NCBI GenBank assembly: GCA_031835245.2
Contig: JAVKOQ020000024.1
Coordinates: 248,001 to 312,000 of the forward strand
DNA from: Balamuthia mandrillaris
Lineage: Eukaryota
Reading direction: 5' to 3'
Length of the DNA stretch: 64,000 nucleotides
The number at the start of each line of letters is the position of its first letter. Positions within the stretch are counted from its first letter, which is position 1. A program made the position numbers and the translations under genes. The notes under the pieces are model-generated. The model was not told the DNA's origin. It ran no database searches and was given only the letters and a program-made list of their open reading frames with translations. This document shows, piece after piece, positions 25,111-39,100 of the stretch.

Positions 25111-28100
25111 ATGTTGTCGCAAGGCAGTCAGGTCTTCAAAGGGTACCGCGCGCTGGGTTTGGTGAGCGACCGGATCCCCTTCACCCTGCAACACTTTGGA
25201 ACGGAAACGTTTGTCACTGTTAGCATCGGCAAATCCTTCCAGACCTACAACGTAAGCAGCTACTGTTTTGTTATTCTTATTTATTTATTTTTTTTTTTGG
25301 TGGGGTGCTGAAAAACAACTTTTCTCCGCTTTAACACACACAAGTGCAAGAAGTTGAACTTGTTGTTCGTCGGTGCCGCCCATGAAAGCAGGATTCGTGC
25401 CATGGTCATGTACAAGCTGTTCACCATAACCGCTGCTGGAAATTTCATATATGTCTGGAAGCGTGGTGCTTTGGTTCGTTCTCCTGGTCCTTGCTCTCTT
25501 TTTTTTTTTTTTTTGCTGTTGCTTCTTCCTCTTCCTCTCTTCCTCTCCCCATTCTTGCTCCCTCTCCTCTCCACCATTCTTGCTTCTTCCTTCATTCTCC
25601 AATTTATCATTCACCCTCGTCTTTCGTTTAACAGCAAAGCAAATGGAGTGCTCACACAGAGAATGTGCAACTGTTGTCCGTATTTGGAGATCATCTCATC
25701 TCAGTAGGTGGGGATGGCCGCTTAAAGCTCTGGGACCTGTCCTCTCTCTCCAAGTCGGGCACTGCCAAACAACCCCTCCGCCCTTTCACTTTCCTTCCTT
25801 CTTCTCAGGACCAAGACAACAACAAGCCAAAGAACAATGCAAAACTGCAAGCGCAACAAGAATCAACAGAAGAGATTAACCTCGGAGACAGCTTTCACAC
25901 CACCGCTCTCCTCCATCCGGACACTTACCTCAACAAAGTGCTGCTGGGCAGCGAGGAAGGCTCTCTTCAACTGTGGAACATCAAGACCAGGACCTTGATC
26001 TACAGCTTTGCCGGGTGGGGTTCCCCGGTGACCTGTTTGGAGCAGTCTCCTGCCGTGGATGTGGTGGCCATTGGCCTTGCTGATGGCCGCATCCTCCTCC
26101 ACAACCTTCGCTTCGATCGCACTCTGGTCACCTTCTCCCAGGAAGGAGGCAAGGTTACCTCCCTTTCCTTCCGCAAAGATGGCCACCCGATCCTTGCCTC
26201 CGCCATGACCTCTGGTCGCGTGGCCCTTTGGGACTTGGAAAAGAAGAAGTTGATCACCATTGTGAAGAAAGTGCATTCTGGACCCATCCTGCGCATTGCC
26301 TTTTTCCCTGATGAACCGATTTTGCTTACGTCTGGGATTGACAACTCTATCAAGGTTATTCTTCCTTTCTTCTTTCTTTCTTTTCCAAATTCTTATTCTA
26401 TCCGTCATCATTACAGATGTGGTTGTTCGATCAGCCGTACGCAGAGCCAAGGCTGTTGCGAGAGAGAAGCGGCCACAAGTCTCCTCCAACAAAAGTAAGA
26501 TTCTACGGCGATAGTGGCTATTATTTGCTCTCCTGTGGCGTGGACCGCTCCCTCCGTTTCTTCTGTACGGTGCAAGATGCACGCAGCCAAGAGTTCTCGC
26601 AGGGCCACATTCAAAAAAAAGCAAAGAGAATGCGTGTGTCTGAAGAGAGCTTGAAACTTCGTCCTATTGTTGACTTTGCTGCATGTGCGTTTTTTAATTA
26701 TTATTGCAGAACGAAAGCGAAACTAACCTTTTTTTTTTGTTTGGTTTGAACAACATTACAGCATCCGTAAAAGAAAGAGAATGGGACAACGTCATAAGTT
26801 GTCACGAAGGCAGTTCACATACTCAAACGTGGAACTTGGAGCATCGTGCCATCGGAAAACATGCCCTACATATCAAATACGGTGAACATATGCCCATTAA
26901 GGTGAAGTGTTTACTCTTTCGCACCTGTTATCCATTTCCTCTCATTCTTTCTTTTTAAACAGAGTGTGGCAATAAGCACATGTGGAAACTTTGGCATAGC
27001 GGGCACTGTTGGCGGCCCTATTCACAAGTTCAACTTGCAGTCAGGGCGTCATCGCGGTTCATTTATCGGTACACGCCTTTTTTGATGGATAGCGCAATTA
27101 TAAGTGGCTTTACTTATCATCTGTATTCTTTCGTGTGTGTTTTTTTCTCGTTTATAGGGCATTCAGCAGCCATTCAGGGTCTTGCTGTAGACTTTTTGAA
27201 TAAGTTGCTCATAAGCGCTAGTTTGGATGGAACACTTAAGGTATGTTGCTTTTCGTCATCTTCTCTATCTCTTTCTTCGTCTGTCTCTGCCTTCAAATCA
27301 AGGATGTCTTACATGTTGCTCTTAGTTCTGGGACTTTATGGCAGAAACTTTGCTGGATACGTTGACAGTAGGTTCTCCTATTACACGCATAATGCTGCAC
27401 AAGGAAAGCTCTTTGCTGGCAACAGCTTCTGATGACCTTGTCATCAGGATTTTCGACGTGGACACACGTCGTCTGGTCAGACGCTTTGAGGGACACTCCA
27501 ATCAAATCACTGACATAGTACGTTGGTTTCTTTCGTATTTTCTTTGTCGCTGTTTCCTTAACCAACATATTCTTCAAAAAGGCGTTTAGTCCAGATGCGC
27601 GATGGCTTGTAACGAGCTCGTTGGATTGTACGGTGTGCGTGTGGGATTTGCCCAGCGGTATGAAGGTAGATTGGTTCCGTGTGGAAAAGGCGGTCACCTC
27701 TCTCTCATTCTCTCCCACTGGCGACTTTCTTGCCACTACTCACGTTAACAGCCGAGCCATATTTATGTGGTATGTTTCCTTTTCTTCTGTCTGTAACGTT
27801 GTTTCTGTCTCTTTCTTCCCAAACATATACTTCCTTCTTTTCAACGTCTTTGTGGTGCTAACATTTTTTAAAATAAAAAGGGCAAACCAAATGCACTTCA
27901 GTCGCGTGTTTTTGCAGCCAGTACCAGAAACACCGCCTTTGCTCAAACTTCCAAAGGTGCTAGTGCCTCCCTCCGAAGAACTGGATGCCAAGTCGGATGG
28001 CATGCTGTTGGTCGATGTCAAAACGGAAGAAGATGAAGAAGAGGAAGGAGAGGGAAAAGAAAAGGAAAAAGACGAAAACAGCATTAGCCCCACTACAAAC

Positions 28101-29067
28101 GGCTCTTCCTCCAAGTCGTCCACGACACCTTCTATTCCTTTGCCTGCTGGACTTGCACCGCCTCCTGAAACACCTCTTTCCAACGACATTGTAACGCTGT
28201 CCACTTTGCCGCGGCACCGGTGGGAAACCATCACTAACTTGGACATTATCAAAGTACGTTTCTTTTGTTTTTTTATTTGTGGATGCTTATTTGGGAACTG
28301 ATAACGGCATCTTTTTATCCAAAAAACAGAAACGAAACAAGCCCATCGAGCCACCCAAAAAACCAGAGGCAGCTCCTTTCTTCCTCACAACGCTGCCTGG
28401 CTTGGAGCCCAAGTTTGTTGCGGCCAGAAAGGAGGATGAGGAGGGAGAGGAAGACGAAGACGCCTCCTCCAGGATCGTTTCATTTAGCTCCATTCGTCCC
28501 CGGCCCAAGCTTGTTGTGCTCTTAGAGAAAAAACAATGTACTAATCTTTCTCTCTTTCGTTGCTATGATGGAATCTTTGCTCTCGCTCTTCTTCTAACTT
28601 AAAATAAAGATGTGGAAGCAATGGAACATTTGAAGGGCATGTCCCCATCTGCAGTGGACGTGGAGCTCCGATCGTTAGGCTTTGAAGAGGATGTATCCGA
28701 CCTTCACCTTATGCTCGACTTTTTCTGTCATCAGTTGGACAGCAACACCGACTTTGGCATCAGCCAAGCCTATCTCAACCTATTTCTCAAGGTTTTGCTC
28801 TTCTCCTTCTTTTCCTCATTTCTCTTTTCTCGTTTTTACTCTCTCTGTTGTTTAGTTCTTTCTTTTCCTCCATCTGCAAAGTAACTCACTGAACCCACTT
28901 TTTTTTGTTCTGAACAGATCTACGCCGATGTGTTGATCCAAAACAAGGAGCTGGCGGGCAAGGTGCAAGCGCTGAAGAACAAAGAGAAGGAGGGTTGGAC
29001 GAGGCTGCAGCACCTCTTCCACAACAACATTTGTCTCATCAAATTCTTCCAAGATCTCCACGCCTGA
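25111..29067 (+). CDS. WDR36: WD repeat protein 36 / UTP21 (SSU processome)
   Basis: VFKGYRALGLVS, LLHPDTYLNKVLLGS, QSPAVDVVAIG, REREWDN-like motif, LSFSPTGDFLAT, NLDIIKKRNKPIEPPKKPEAAPFFL, MSPSAVDVELRSL. Confidence 0.95.
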
Positions 29068-29379
29068 GGAGTTAATACATTTCTCCTTTTATGTCGACAA
29101 CACTTTATTGCTTGAGGAGTTGATTCATGAAAATTAAGGTGGACAAAATTTTTCGTGACCCCTCGTGCTTTCTTCTTTTCTTCTTTCTTTTTCTTTATTT
29201 TTATTTTGGTTTGCGAAGAAGGAAGAAAGAAAAAAAGGAACGCGTTTTCTCTTGTGGTGTCTTTTTTTTTTTGATTATTAATCGTTTGCCTTCACTGCAA
29301 AATCACTTCCTTCCGTAAAAACCGCTTTTAAAAGCAAAAAAAGTTGAACACACACAAACACAAAAAAAAACAATCAACC

Positions 29380-30942
29380 ATGAGCAAGAAGAAAGTGAAG
29401 GGTACCACGCTGAACTTGGGCGAGTTCTTGGCCTCTGACGTTGGTGGACCTGCTGTCACTAGCGACGCGCTTCCCTCTGGCCCTCGTCGCGACGAAGAGG
29501 AAGAGTTTGGAGAGGAGTACCACCGTGGAGGAGGCGATCGTTATGGCGATAGAGGAGGAGATCGCTATGAAAGGGGAGGAGGAGATCGCTACGAGCGAGG
29601 AGGTGGTGATCGTTATGAAAGGGGAGGAGGAGATCGCTACGAAAGAGGAGGTGGTGACAGATATGGTGGCGGTGATCGCTATGAACGAGGAGGGGACAGA
29701 TACGGAGACAGGGACCGCTATGGCAGCAGAGGAGGTGATCGCTATGAAAGAGGAGGCGGTGATCGCTATGAAAGAGGAGGTGGTGACAGGTATGGTGGCG
29801 GTGATCGCTACGAAAGAGGAGGTGGTGACAGGTATGGTGGCGGTGATCGCTATGAACGAGGAGGTGGTGACAGGTACGGTGGCGGAGGACGTGGTTATCG
29901 AGGTGGCGACCGCTATGGCGACAGAGACAGAGAAGAGCGCAGAGAGGACGCGGCCCCTCCCTCGGAGGACTTTCCTGCGTTGGGAGAGGAGAGCGATCGT
30001 GCTCCTTCCGCCGGAAGAAGAGAACCCTCTCCACGAAGAGAAGAGGAGGCGCCAAGGCCACAAAAGAAGAAGGCCTCCTTTGATCCCTTTGGTGGAGCCA
30101 AGCCACGCGAGCAGGTCATCCAAGAGAAGGGTATCCCCGACGTGGAGGAGGTGCTAGAGAAGAAAGGCGCCGCTGCTGCGGCTGTTCTCTCTGGTGGCAC
30201 CACTCCCAGCGGCACCACTCCCAGCGGCACGGACAGCGCCAGCAGCGGAGGAGGAGCAGCCCCCACAGCGGAGGAGCTGAGTGAGGGCGTGGATGCCCTC
30301 CATCTCTCCGAGAGAGAGGCGTCGGAGAGAGGCGACCGCGGCCGTGGTGCTGCCGGTAGACCACCGCGCGGCGAAGAAGAGGAAGGTGGAGATCGCTCGG
30401 AGCGAGCCGCTCGTTTCAGCACAGAGAGGACGGAAAGCAACTGGAGATCCCTGCCGAGAGGCGTTCCTCCAAAGAGATTCGAACGCGGCGGAGAGCGGGG
30501 AGGAGACAGATACGAACCTCGCCGAGGAGGTTATGGCGACAGAGGAGATAGAGGAGATAGATACGGCGATAGAGATCAAGATAGAGATAGCGGCTATGGC
30601 GGAAGGAGGGGAGGATATGGCGGCGATAGATATGGTGATAGGGACCGTTATGGCGACAGAGGAGATAGGTATGGTGGCGGCGAAGGACGCCGCGGAGGAG
30701 GTTATGGTGATAGGGGAGGAGATAGGTATGGTGGCGGCGAAGGACGCCGCGGAGGAGGCTACGGTGGTGACAGGGATCGTGGCTATGGCGGCGATAGATA
30801 TGGCGATAGAGATCGTGGCTATGGAAGAAGAGGAGGCGATCGCTATGAGGAGGAAGGATCCCGCCGAGAAAGGGCGGACAGCGGTAGCGAGCAACAGCCT
30901 CCTCGTCATGACGATGATGGTGAGGACAGAAGAGAGGACTAA
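29380..30942 (+). CDS. eIF4B-like protein with extensive DRYG/RGG repeats, intronless, no RRM
   Basis: N-terminal [16 protein letters not shown] and LPSGPR, central [10 protein letters not shown], and two blocks of GGDRY(E/G) repeats, all features of the eIF4B family. Confidence 0.72.
   Translation: MSKKKVKGTTLNLGEFLASDVGGPAVTSDALPSGPRRDEEEEFGEEYHRGGGDRYGDRGGDRYERGGGDRYERGGGDRYERGGGDRYERGGGDRYGGGDRYERGGDRYGDRDRYGSRGGDRYERGGGDRYERGGGDRYGGGDRYERGGGDRYGGGDRYERGGGDRYGGGGRGYRGGDRYGDRDREERREDAAPPSEDFPALGEESDRAPSAGRREPSPRREEEAPRPQKKKASFDPFGGAKPREQVIQEKGIPDVEEVLEKKGAAAAAVLSGGTTPSGTTPSGTDSASSGGGAAPTAEELSEGVDALHLSEREASERGDRGRGAAGRPPRGEEEEGGDRSERAARFSTERTESNWRSLPRGVPPKRFERGGERGGDRYEPRRGGYGDRGDRGDRYGDRDQDRDSGYGGRRGGYGGDRYGDRDRYGDRGDRYGGGEGRRGGGYGDRGGDRYGGGEGRRGGGYGGDRDRGYGGDRYGDRDRGYGRRGGDRYEEEGSRRERADSGSEQQPPRHDDDGEDRRED
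29530..29925 (+). repeat. Coding tandem repeats (GGGDRYER / GGDRYG) in the eIF4B-like gene
   Basis: Degenerate 18-24 bp units with synonymous variation; a second block lies at about 30500-30850. Confidence 0.9.
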
Positions 30943-31222
30943 ACGCGCTTTCGTCTTGTGTTGAGACATTTTCTGTTTCTTCTTCGAAAAAATAAGCAGC
31001 TAAAGATTGAAGAGAAGAAAATAGAGAGCGCTCGCAGAAGAGAGAGAGGAGCAAGTGTCATGCAATGGAGGATGTCTCTATACATTTAAAAAAAAAAAAG
31101 CAATCCACAGAAAGTGAAATTCTCTTTCACTTTCTGCAGCCAGGAGGGCCTGTTGTCGTCCATCTTCTCTTAAAAAGAAACGAAAGCAGAAGAAAAAAAC
31201 TTCAACAAACACGCTATTGCGT

Positions 31223-32779
31223 TCATTCTTGCTTGTTGAAATAATCGTCGGCAACGGCGTAGAGCTCCGGGTTAGCCAAGCTTTGGGCATAGGGCTTGGC
31301 GCCCGTCCACAAGGCTGTAAGCACCGCTCTCTTGCCATCCGCTTCCATCTTTCCGGGAACGCTTACATCTGGCTTACGCTTGCCGGTGACAATGTACGCC
31401 AGCGGATCCAAAATCATCTACAAAAGAGGAACGGTTAACAAGAAAAAAAGAGATAAATGATGGAATACTATGTACCTCTGGGTCTGCGCTGTACTTTTGG
31501 ATGATGGAGCCAACCAACGCTTCGAGCTTGTCGGCTTTCCAATCTTCCTCAGGCAACTTGAAGAGACTGAACAACATGTCGTGGATCATGTCCTCTGTTT
31601 AATCGTTAATGTTATTCTCCCGCAATCGAAACGCACTCGCAAAGAGGAGAGAAAGGAATGTACGTGTCTTGTAGACCGCCTTTCTGATGCTGTCAATGCA
31701 CAGAGGTTGCTCTTGGTTGACAAGATTGTTGACCCAACCAGGGATCCAGCCCATAGGGTTCAGCTGAACGAGGTATGTCAATTGGCTTCTGGGTTCCCCC
31801 TTTGGGCCGTTGGGCAGGGGCTTGATGACAAAGCCGCTGCAACGAAGCTCTCCCCTCACAAAGCCTTCCTGCTCTGGAATATCTGGGGTCTCGATAGAGT
31901 TTACCACAGAGACGAACACTCCATCGTCCTGTGAATAGCGGAAGGCAACATGATTTGGTAAGGAGAACATTAAATCAAAAACAAACAGATTAAGTGGAAG
32001 GAAAAGCGTACGTCCAGTGTTTCACCAGCAATGACCACAAAGTCTCTGTTAGTGACAGGCCAAGGAGCCTTGAACTTGTAGTACGTCACTCTGATGCTAG
32101 GTGTTACTTCGAGACTGAAGTTTGCCCCCAAAAACTTATTAAATAAAGAATAATAAAAATAACCCAACGAACATTGTTAACATGGCAAGAAAGAAAGAGA
32201 GAGAGAGAGAGAGGGAGCAAACCATGGGGTCCCAGTGACGACGGAGGTCCATTTGTACCAAGTGCAGTCTGAGAACCTCGGGAGTGGCGTTCACAATGCC
32301 AGTGCCACGGAAGCATCGAACAGGGTCGTCCGGAATGTCCTTGCACCACACCTTGACACCGTTGGTCTCTTTGCAGTACACCCAACCCTCCTCCGACTCA
32401 TACTCCTTTTGAAAATCGAAAGGGTTAGCGAGAGAGAGAGAGGGCACATAGAAGAAAAGAATTAAAAGAAAGGAGAGCAACAAACCTTACGCATGACACC
32501 GTAGCCCTCGTTCACGAGGTCAACGTACTTTGTGTAGAGTTCATCCTCCTTGGAGAGCTTGGGGATGGCGTTGTAAGGGTCGTCTGGGGAGCCCATTTCT
32601 CTGTGGTCCCACCAAGAGACATCAAAAGGATCATAGGCGGGCAGTTTGGAAGCGTCAGCAGCGGAGGACTCCATTATGTCTCGTCGGGAGTAGATCTTTG
32701 GTTTGGTTGGCTTGTCGTCCCTGTGAGAATGGTGGTGAGTACCCAACGCATGTTTCAACTTTGTTTTTGCTTTCTTCAT
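31223..32779 (-). CDS. START-domain lipid-binding protein with N- and C-terminal extensions
   Basis: GWVYCKETNGVKVW, RCFRGTG, RRHWDPM, KAPWPVTNRDFV, GFVRGELRCSGFVIKP, LTYLVQLNPMGWIPGWVNN. Confidence 0.88.
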
Positions 32780-33125
32780 GGATTAACGTAGTTTGGTTTG
32801 GGGTGAAAAGCACAAAGAAAGAACAGAAGAAAAAATGGAAGAAAAAGTGGAAAAAAAATCCCAAAAGGTTGCAGCAAAAAAAAAAGTACCCAAGCTAAAG
32901 AGATGTATTTGGTGTGCACACACACAAAGAAAGCAGAGGAAAAAACAAGAACAAACGACTGAAAAGCTAAAGTAAAAATCTCGAAAAAATTGTGGTAGAA
33001 GTGGCAAAAGTAGTAGTAGCAGGGAGTGACAGCCAACAACAACAATAACAAAAACAAAAACAAAAACACCCATCACAAAAATTACTCTTTCATGCACCAC
33101 CAACAAACAAATGAGGAGAGGACGA

Positions 33126-33175
<50 letters not shown>

Positions 33176-33566
33176 AAACGCACCAAGAACGTAGCAGGAA
33201 AGTAAGGGAACAGAGCAAACAGGGTAGCAAAGAGATCACCTGTCTTCTGTCCTTTTGGCCGTTTTCGTTGTTCCTGTCAAAAAGGAAGAGAGGGAGAGAA
33301 AAGAAAGAAGAGACAGGCGGCCAGGGAAAATAAAAAAAAAAAAATAAAGTCCGATTTTATGCCGACTTTTTTGGTCGACCCGTGAGAAGGATTTGTGCTG
33401 TCTTATCATGAGGGTTCGTGACTTATCACCTTGCTGAGGACAAAATGGGAACGACTTGTGTTGTGTTTTTGGGATATGCAACGAGGGGTCAAAACAAAAA
33501 AGGGTAGCGAGAAGAGAAGAGCAACAGCACCACCACTGGGGCCGACGGGGCTTGCTTGAGCGAGTG

Positions 33567-34173
33567 ATGTCGGACGACGCGTACCTCTATGTGCGGCCCA
33601 CGCGGCTGAAGTTGAAGGGAGACAACGAGAGCACGAGGTATCGTAGCATGCGTACGCTTCTTGGCTGAAATGATACCCACTTCTTCACTGTTTTTTTTTT
33701 TTTTTTTCGAAATACAGCAAGAGCAAAAAGAGAAAACGAAGGGAAAGAAAGGAGGAAGCCAAGCCACAAGTCAGTCGTGAGCAGGAAGAACAGGAAGAGT
33801 CGCAGGAGGGGCATGACATAATCGTGCCAAAGTTTGAAGAGGCCAAAACCGAGGCCGAAAGAAAGTTTGAAGAAGCACAGAAGAAAAGGGTACGTTACTC
33901 CTTTCCTTTCTGCGTTTGGTGTTTCATTCACACTTTGTCTGTTTCAGGAGAAACAAGTGGTGAAGAAACTGGCCACCAAGTCACACCGACAGAGAGTAGA
34001 AGAGTTTAACAAGCACCTTGAAGCCCTTCCCAACCACTTTGACATTCCAAAGGTAACCTTTGCCCGCACCCTCGCTTTTCCATTTTCTCCTGCCTCCCCC
34101 CCTTTCCTCACTAACCTCTGAACGCCCCCCTGCTTCCTCTGTCATATCTCATGGTCAGGTTGGTCCCGGATAA
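33567..34173 (+). CDS. FAM32A: FAM32A family small nuclear protein, 4 exons
   Basis: LKLKG, KTEAERKFEEAQKKR, KSHRQRVEEFNKHLEALPNHFDIPK|VGPG*. Confidence 0.88.
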
Positions 34174-34421
34174 CACAAAAAAAACACACAGCATCCCTTT
34201 CACCTATGTACGCCTGTTTTTTTTCTTTGCTGCCAAAGCGAAGTTGCCCTGCTTTAGTCATTTTCATGTCGTCATGAATTTACTTTGACGAACGCATTTT
34301 CAATATGAGGATGATGATGCGTATAAAACAAAAGAAGTAGCGCAAAAAATTAGCAGTAGTGGTTTTGCCGCACCGCAAAAAGAAAAAGGGGAAAAAAAAA
34401 GAGGGAGAGAAGAAAGCATCA

Positions 34422-34916
34422 ATGCAGGCTCTCAGGTCTCAGGGTAACAGAGTTGCGCTCACAGGAGTACGCGCACGCACCTTGTGGGGCGCTCGCCACT
34501 CCTTCTACTCGACCGCCGCCCCCACCACCACCTCGGCCCAGGTCGATCCCGTCGATCTCCTTCAGCACTACTCCAAGGCCAAGCCCGTCTCCGACGCGGA
34601 CCTCAAGGAGGTGCCCAAAGAACTCCTCGACGACGCCAGGCAACGCTATGCCGCTGAGAGGGAGGAGTTCCGTAAAGTCAGCGCTCCCATTCTGGCTGAG
34701 GCTCAAAAGTTGCTCTCCCCCGAGGAAGCTAGAGCTTTTGAGAAAGCGCAAAAGCTGATCGAGGACTCTCCCCTCACCAAAACCAAACACGAATTTTTAG
34801 CTCGCACTGTGCGTCTCTCCTCTCTCTCGCTCTCTCTTCGTGGCAGATTTTTTTGTTTATGATATGATGGAAGAAGTTTCGAGTGACGAAGTCAACTTAT
34901 TTTATTTGTTTCGTTC

Positions 34917-34963
<47 letters not shown>

Positions 34964-35950
34964 CTGTTCTTCCACTAACTGAAAGTAATCCAATATTAGG
35001 AAGCACTCAAAACCCCCAAGATCGAGGCCACTTGTGATGAACCTTTTGGTTCGTATGCTTCGGCTGTTTTGACAACGAAATTGTATTTTCTCCTCTTGAC
35101 ACTATTTTTTTTTCCCATTTTACAAACAAAAACAGACTCCAAAGACCATCCATTTGTAACGAACAAGGCATGGAGCCAAACCGTGAGTGGCCTAAATGCA
35201 GCCGTCAGACAAGCCGACGTGGAGGAGAGACAAAACCTTGGCCTCCTGGTGGAGTACCTACGCAAGCACCCCGACTTTGCCAAAGACCTTGAGGCCAACT
35301 CCGCTTTCCTGCCCAATCCTCTGGCAGGCAAGGCGTTGAGCTACCTCCTCAAACTCAAGACCAAACAGTTTGGCGCGGAGGGAGGCCGAAAAGCTTCCAT
35401 CACCAAGCAGCAGATCAAGGACTTGGAAGCGGAGGGAGCGTCGCCTGCCCTCCTGGAAAAGGTGCGGGCGGTAGCCGCCAAGGAGGACAGCCTCGATGAG
35501 GAGAAGTTGGCCAACAGGGACCCCACTGAGTTTGCCAAGGCAGAAGAGATGATGAGGGAGGCGCAGGACCTCGGCGTGCTGCTCTACCACCACTACAAGC
35601 AGATCTATGGCAGAAAGGACCGCACCGCGGAGGACTTCCTTCAATTGGGCAGGCAGCAGCTCAACAAGGTGGAGCTCCCTCCTCTGTCTCAGCGTGGCAT
35701 TTCTCGCGCGCTAGAGTACATCCCTCGTGACGAGGAGACCGATAAGCTTTTCCTCAGGCTCTTTGAGGCTGCTTTCGATGGCAGTAAGGTCGATGTCGGC
35801 CAGAACCTTCCTACCTACAACTTCCCCGACAACAACAAGGCCCACGCCCTTTTCACCGAGCTATCCCGTGCCTTCACTGAGATGCAGACTGCCAACAACC
35901 CCGAGGGTGCTTATGCTACCAAGCCCGCCACCCAAAAGGCAGCCCATTAA
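34422..35950 (+). CDS. Unknown helical protein (~416 aa) with a mitochondrial-type presequence, 3 exons
   Basis: Exons 34422-34808, 35000-35048 and 35136-35950 join in frame. The N-terminus is R-rich and lacks acidic residues. Strong C/G-ending codon bias. Confidence 0.75.
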
Positions 35951-36100
35951 ATCATCACCCTGTCCTGTTCTATTTTAAAAAGCCTGGTTTTTTTGTTTCT
36001 CTCTCGGAAGTGAATATTTTAAAAGAATAGTCTTGTTTCTTAAGGATGATCCTTATTCAAGCAGTCACCGCTCTTCGTTGCCTCTGCAAGGTGCCCCCAC

Positions 36101-39100
36101 TTAAGAATACTCCAACATAGCTTTCATCGCTTTCTGTGTTGTGTCGTCACTTTTGAATTAAAAAAAATTGTTTAGTGTGAGCCAGCACAGAAACCACAAA
36201 TGTTACAGAGAGAGAGGAGATACCCAGAAAGCTTGTTTTGAATGTGGCGGTGCAAATGACAGAGAAAGTCAGCATAGGACATCTGAGTGGCGGTCTTGTC
36301 CTCCACAAAATAAGAGACGAAGCGAGCTTCAAGGGGGCTGCCTCTTTGGATGACGTGGACGGCTTGCCCTTGGCCAGTCTGGTTGCGCAGGGTGCGCACC
36401 ACGCCGCATACCCTCGCGGACAGCGGGTTGTCCCTTTCTGTCAATTGCAACTTTATCACAAATATGTTAGCAGGAGGCAGGAGGAAGAGGAGGAGAGATG
36501 CGTACTTTGCTGCTATCAACGTCCATCAAAGATTCAACGCCAAACAGAGCAGATAAGGCTGAGGAAGGAGCAGAGCCCCCGATCCAGAGGAACATCTCTT
36601 GCCCATTATCCATCAAGTAAATTCCATCGTCTCTTAGAGATTCTCTTGAAAGACGGAGAGCGGGCGGCAGCGGACATTGCTCACCCTCGTCCCTGTTATC
36701 ATACTGTATAGGAAGTCAAGTGCGTTAGAACGTAGCAGTCGTCAAGGTGAAACGAGAGAGAAGTTATTACTTCTTCGGAGAGTTGAGTCAATTCGAAGAG
36801 ATGAGGATAGACAATAGTGGAAGCAGAGACGAGAGACATGATGTTAAAGGCCTGGAGAGCTTCGACTCTAAGATCTGGGTTGGCATCCTGCCCTATTCGC
36901 AGCAAGCCACTCTTGAGAAGAGATAGCGTGTAGATGGGAAGTAACTTAAGAGACTCAGGCAGAATGAGCTGGCTGGCGCCTGATGTTGCGCTTGCGCAGT
37001 GCTTGCGGTAGGCCGCCAGAGGGTCAACTGTGCTCTTTACGAGATTATTGCGTGCTTCAGCCAAGCTTGCATGGAACACGTGCCTCAATGCTGTATATAC
37101 CGTTGCGTTTGAGTTTTTGGAAACTAAGTTTAAGAGTAAAAAGGCAATCCGCACCTTTTCTAGCGTTAATATTGGCAATGGCGTAGAGGTCAGCCCCTCT
37201 GAACACGTTGTTGATGACAGAGGTACATCCTAATGAGATATTGTGGACTCGAATGCGGCGTTCTCCCTTGCTGGTCGTGTACCTATGTCGATGGAAATCA
37301 TTAAAACCAGGACGCATGACTTCAAAAATGAGAATGTAGTGCTTACAAGAGAGCACATTGCAAAACGGCCATTGACTTTTCGTCCAGAGACTCGTCATGT
37401 CGTAAGGAGGCAGCAATGCTTTTATCGCAATCAATAGCAGCAAGTTCCAAATCGGTAGAGTTGCGCATATGGAAGTGTCCTTGATAGCCATGCACAGAAA
37501 GACCTTGGCAGCGAAAGATAGCATGTTAATCATAGAGTGGAGGAGAAGGTTGGTGCGGTATTACCTGCACTGCAACGGATACGCATAACAGCTTCGAAGC
37601 CAGTAGGACGTAAGATATTATGCCGTAGATCTGCAACAAACTTGTGCTGTTCTCCAGGAATAGTAGCAAAGGAGGGATAGTGATAGATTTGTCCACCAGT
37701 AACACGAGATACCTCACCTTTACGACAAAGAAATGATGAGCAAGGAGGCTGAAAGAAGGTACAAGCAAGAACATGGATAAAAAAGAACAAGTAGAAAAGC
37801 CAAACCTATGGTGGCGGTGTCCACAAAAGAGGCAGAAAAGAGAAAAGTATCCACGGAAACCTGCTTCTCAGCGCATTTGACTCCCAGTTCAGTGTAATAG
37901 GAGCCTTGGGGCTTGTAAAGAGCACTTTCTTTGTCTGTGCCAATCAACTTGGGATCATCTCGTTTCTTTAGACGGCCGTTTCCTGCAACCGGAAGCGAGC
38001 ATTGGAAAATAAGAACCTTGCCGCCTGTCTCTTCCTGTATCATATTTGAGTATCAGTGCAATGATACCAGCGCGGTAGAGATGGAGAGAAGAGCGCACCA
38101 AAGCCATAGATGCGGCCTCCAGAGCAGAACCAAAGACAGATTCGTTGATGGTGGTGTTGGAAAACATTGATGGCAAGCGTGCTAAGAAAGTGTCAATGAT
38201 GTCCTTCGATTCGTTGTACTTGACCAAAAGGCCTTCCACCAACGGCACAAACATGTCCGTCACATCAGGTACAACCAACATTTTGGGTTGCTCAAGCACA
38301 GACTGTGGATAAAGCAAGACATTCAGGTGAGCGATAATAGCGAACAACAAGAGAATAAGCACAAGTACCTTCAGATTGTAGAAATGCACAGTTGTGTCAA
38401 AGGTAATGAACCCAACTTTGGCTTCCGAGTCTTCGGGTAGGCTTTGAAGAATGTGCTTAATGGCCCTCACAAAGCAGTCCAGGAGGTGAGCGTTGATTGA
38501 AATGCTGCTCACGTCTACAACAAAAAGATAGACAGGAGCATGAGGCTCTTTCCACATGTATTCTTTGGTGGCCACAAATTCCACGCTTCCTTTCGACAAC
38601 TCTGGGCGGCTCAACACGTCAGAACGCCTGCCAGTACCTTCCAATGGGCAAAAGTATTCGTGTGGCACTACAACCGATGCAAACAAGGGTGTAAGAGAGA
38701 AGATAAAATAATGAGAAGAGAAGAACGAGGGATCATATACCTTCGTTGACAAAACCGCACAGCGAGCACACATACTGGCGACCACCGTCCACGAATTTGA
38801 CGAAAGGATTGATGTAGCCTTTGCAACGATTGCAGCGAATAGGACCGGAGCTACCAAAGTCAACGATGGGGATGGGATCTTCTCCAGGGCCAGGCTCAGC
38901 CAGGGGTTGCACCACAGCACCAAGCGGCAGACAGGAGGTGTTGAGCAGGTCGGCGCTGCAAGGCACGTTGTAGAGGGACATGCGCATAAAGCGAGGGCTG
39001 CAGTTGCCCTCATCCAGCACAAAGTAACGGGAGGTGGGCGGAGGGGGCACCCTGTTGGTGTTTGTTCGAAAGTGAGTGAGCACGCCGGGAGCGCTGACAG

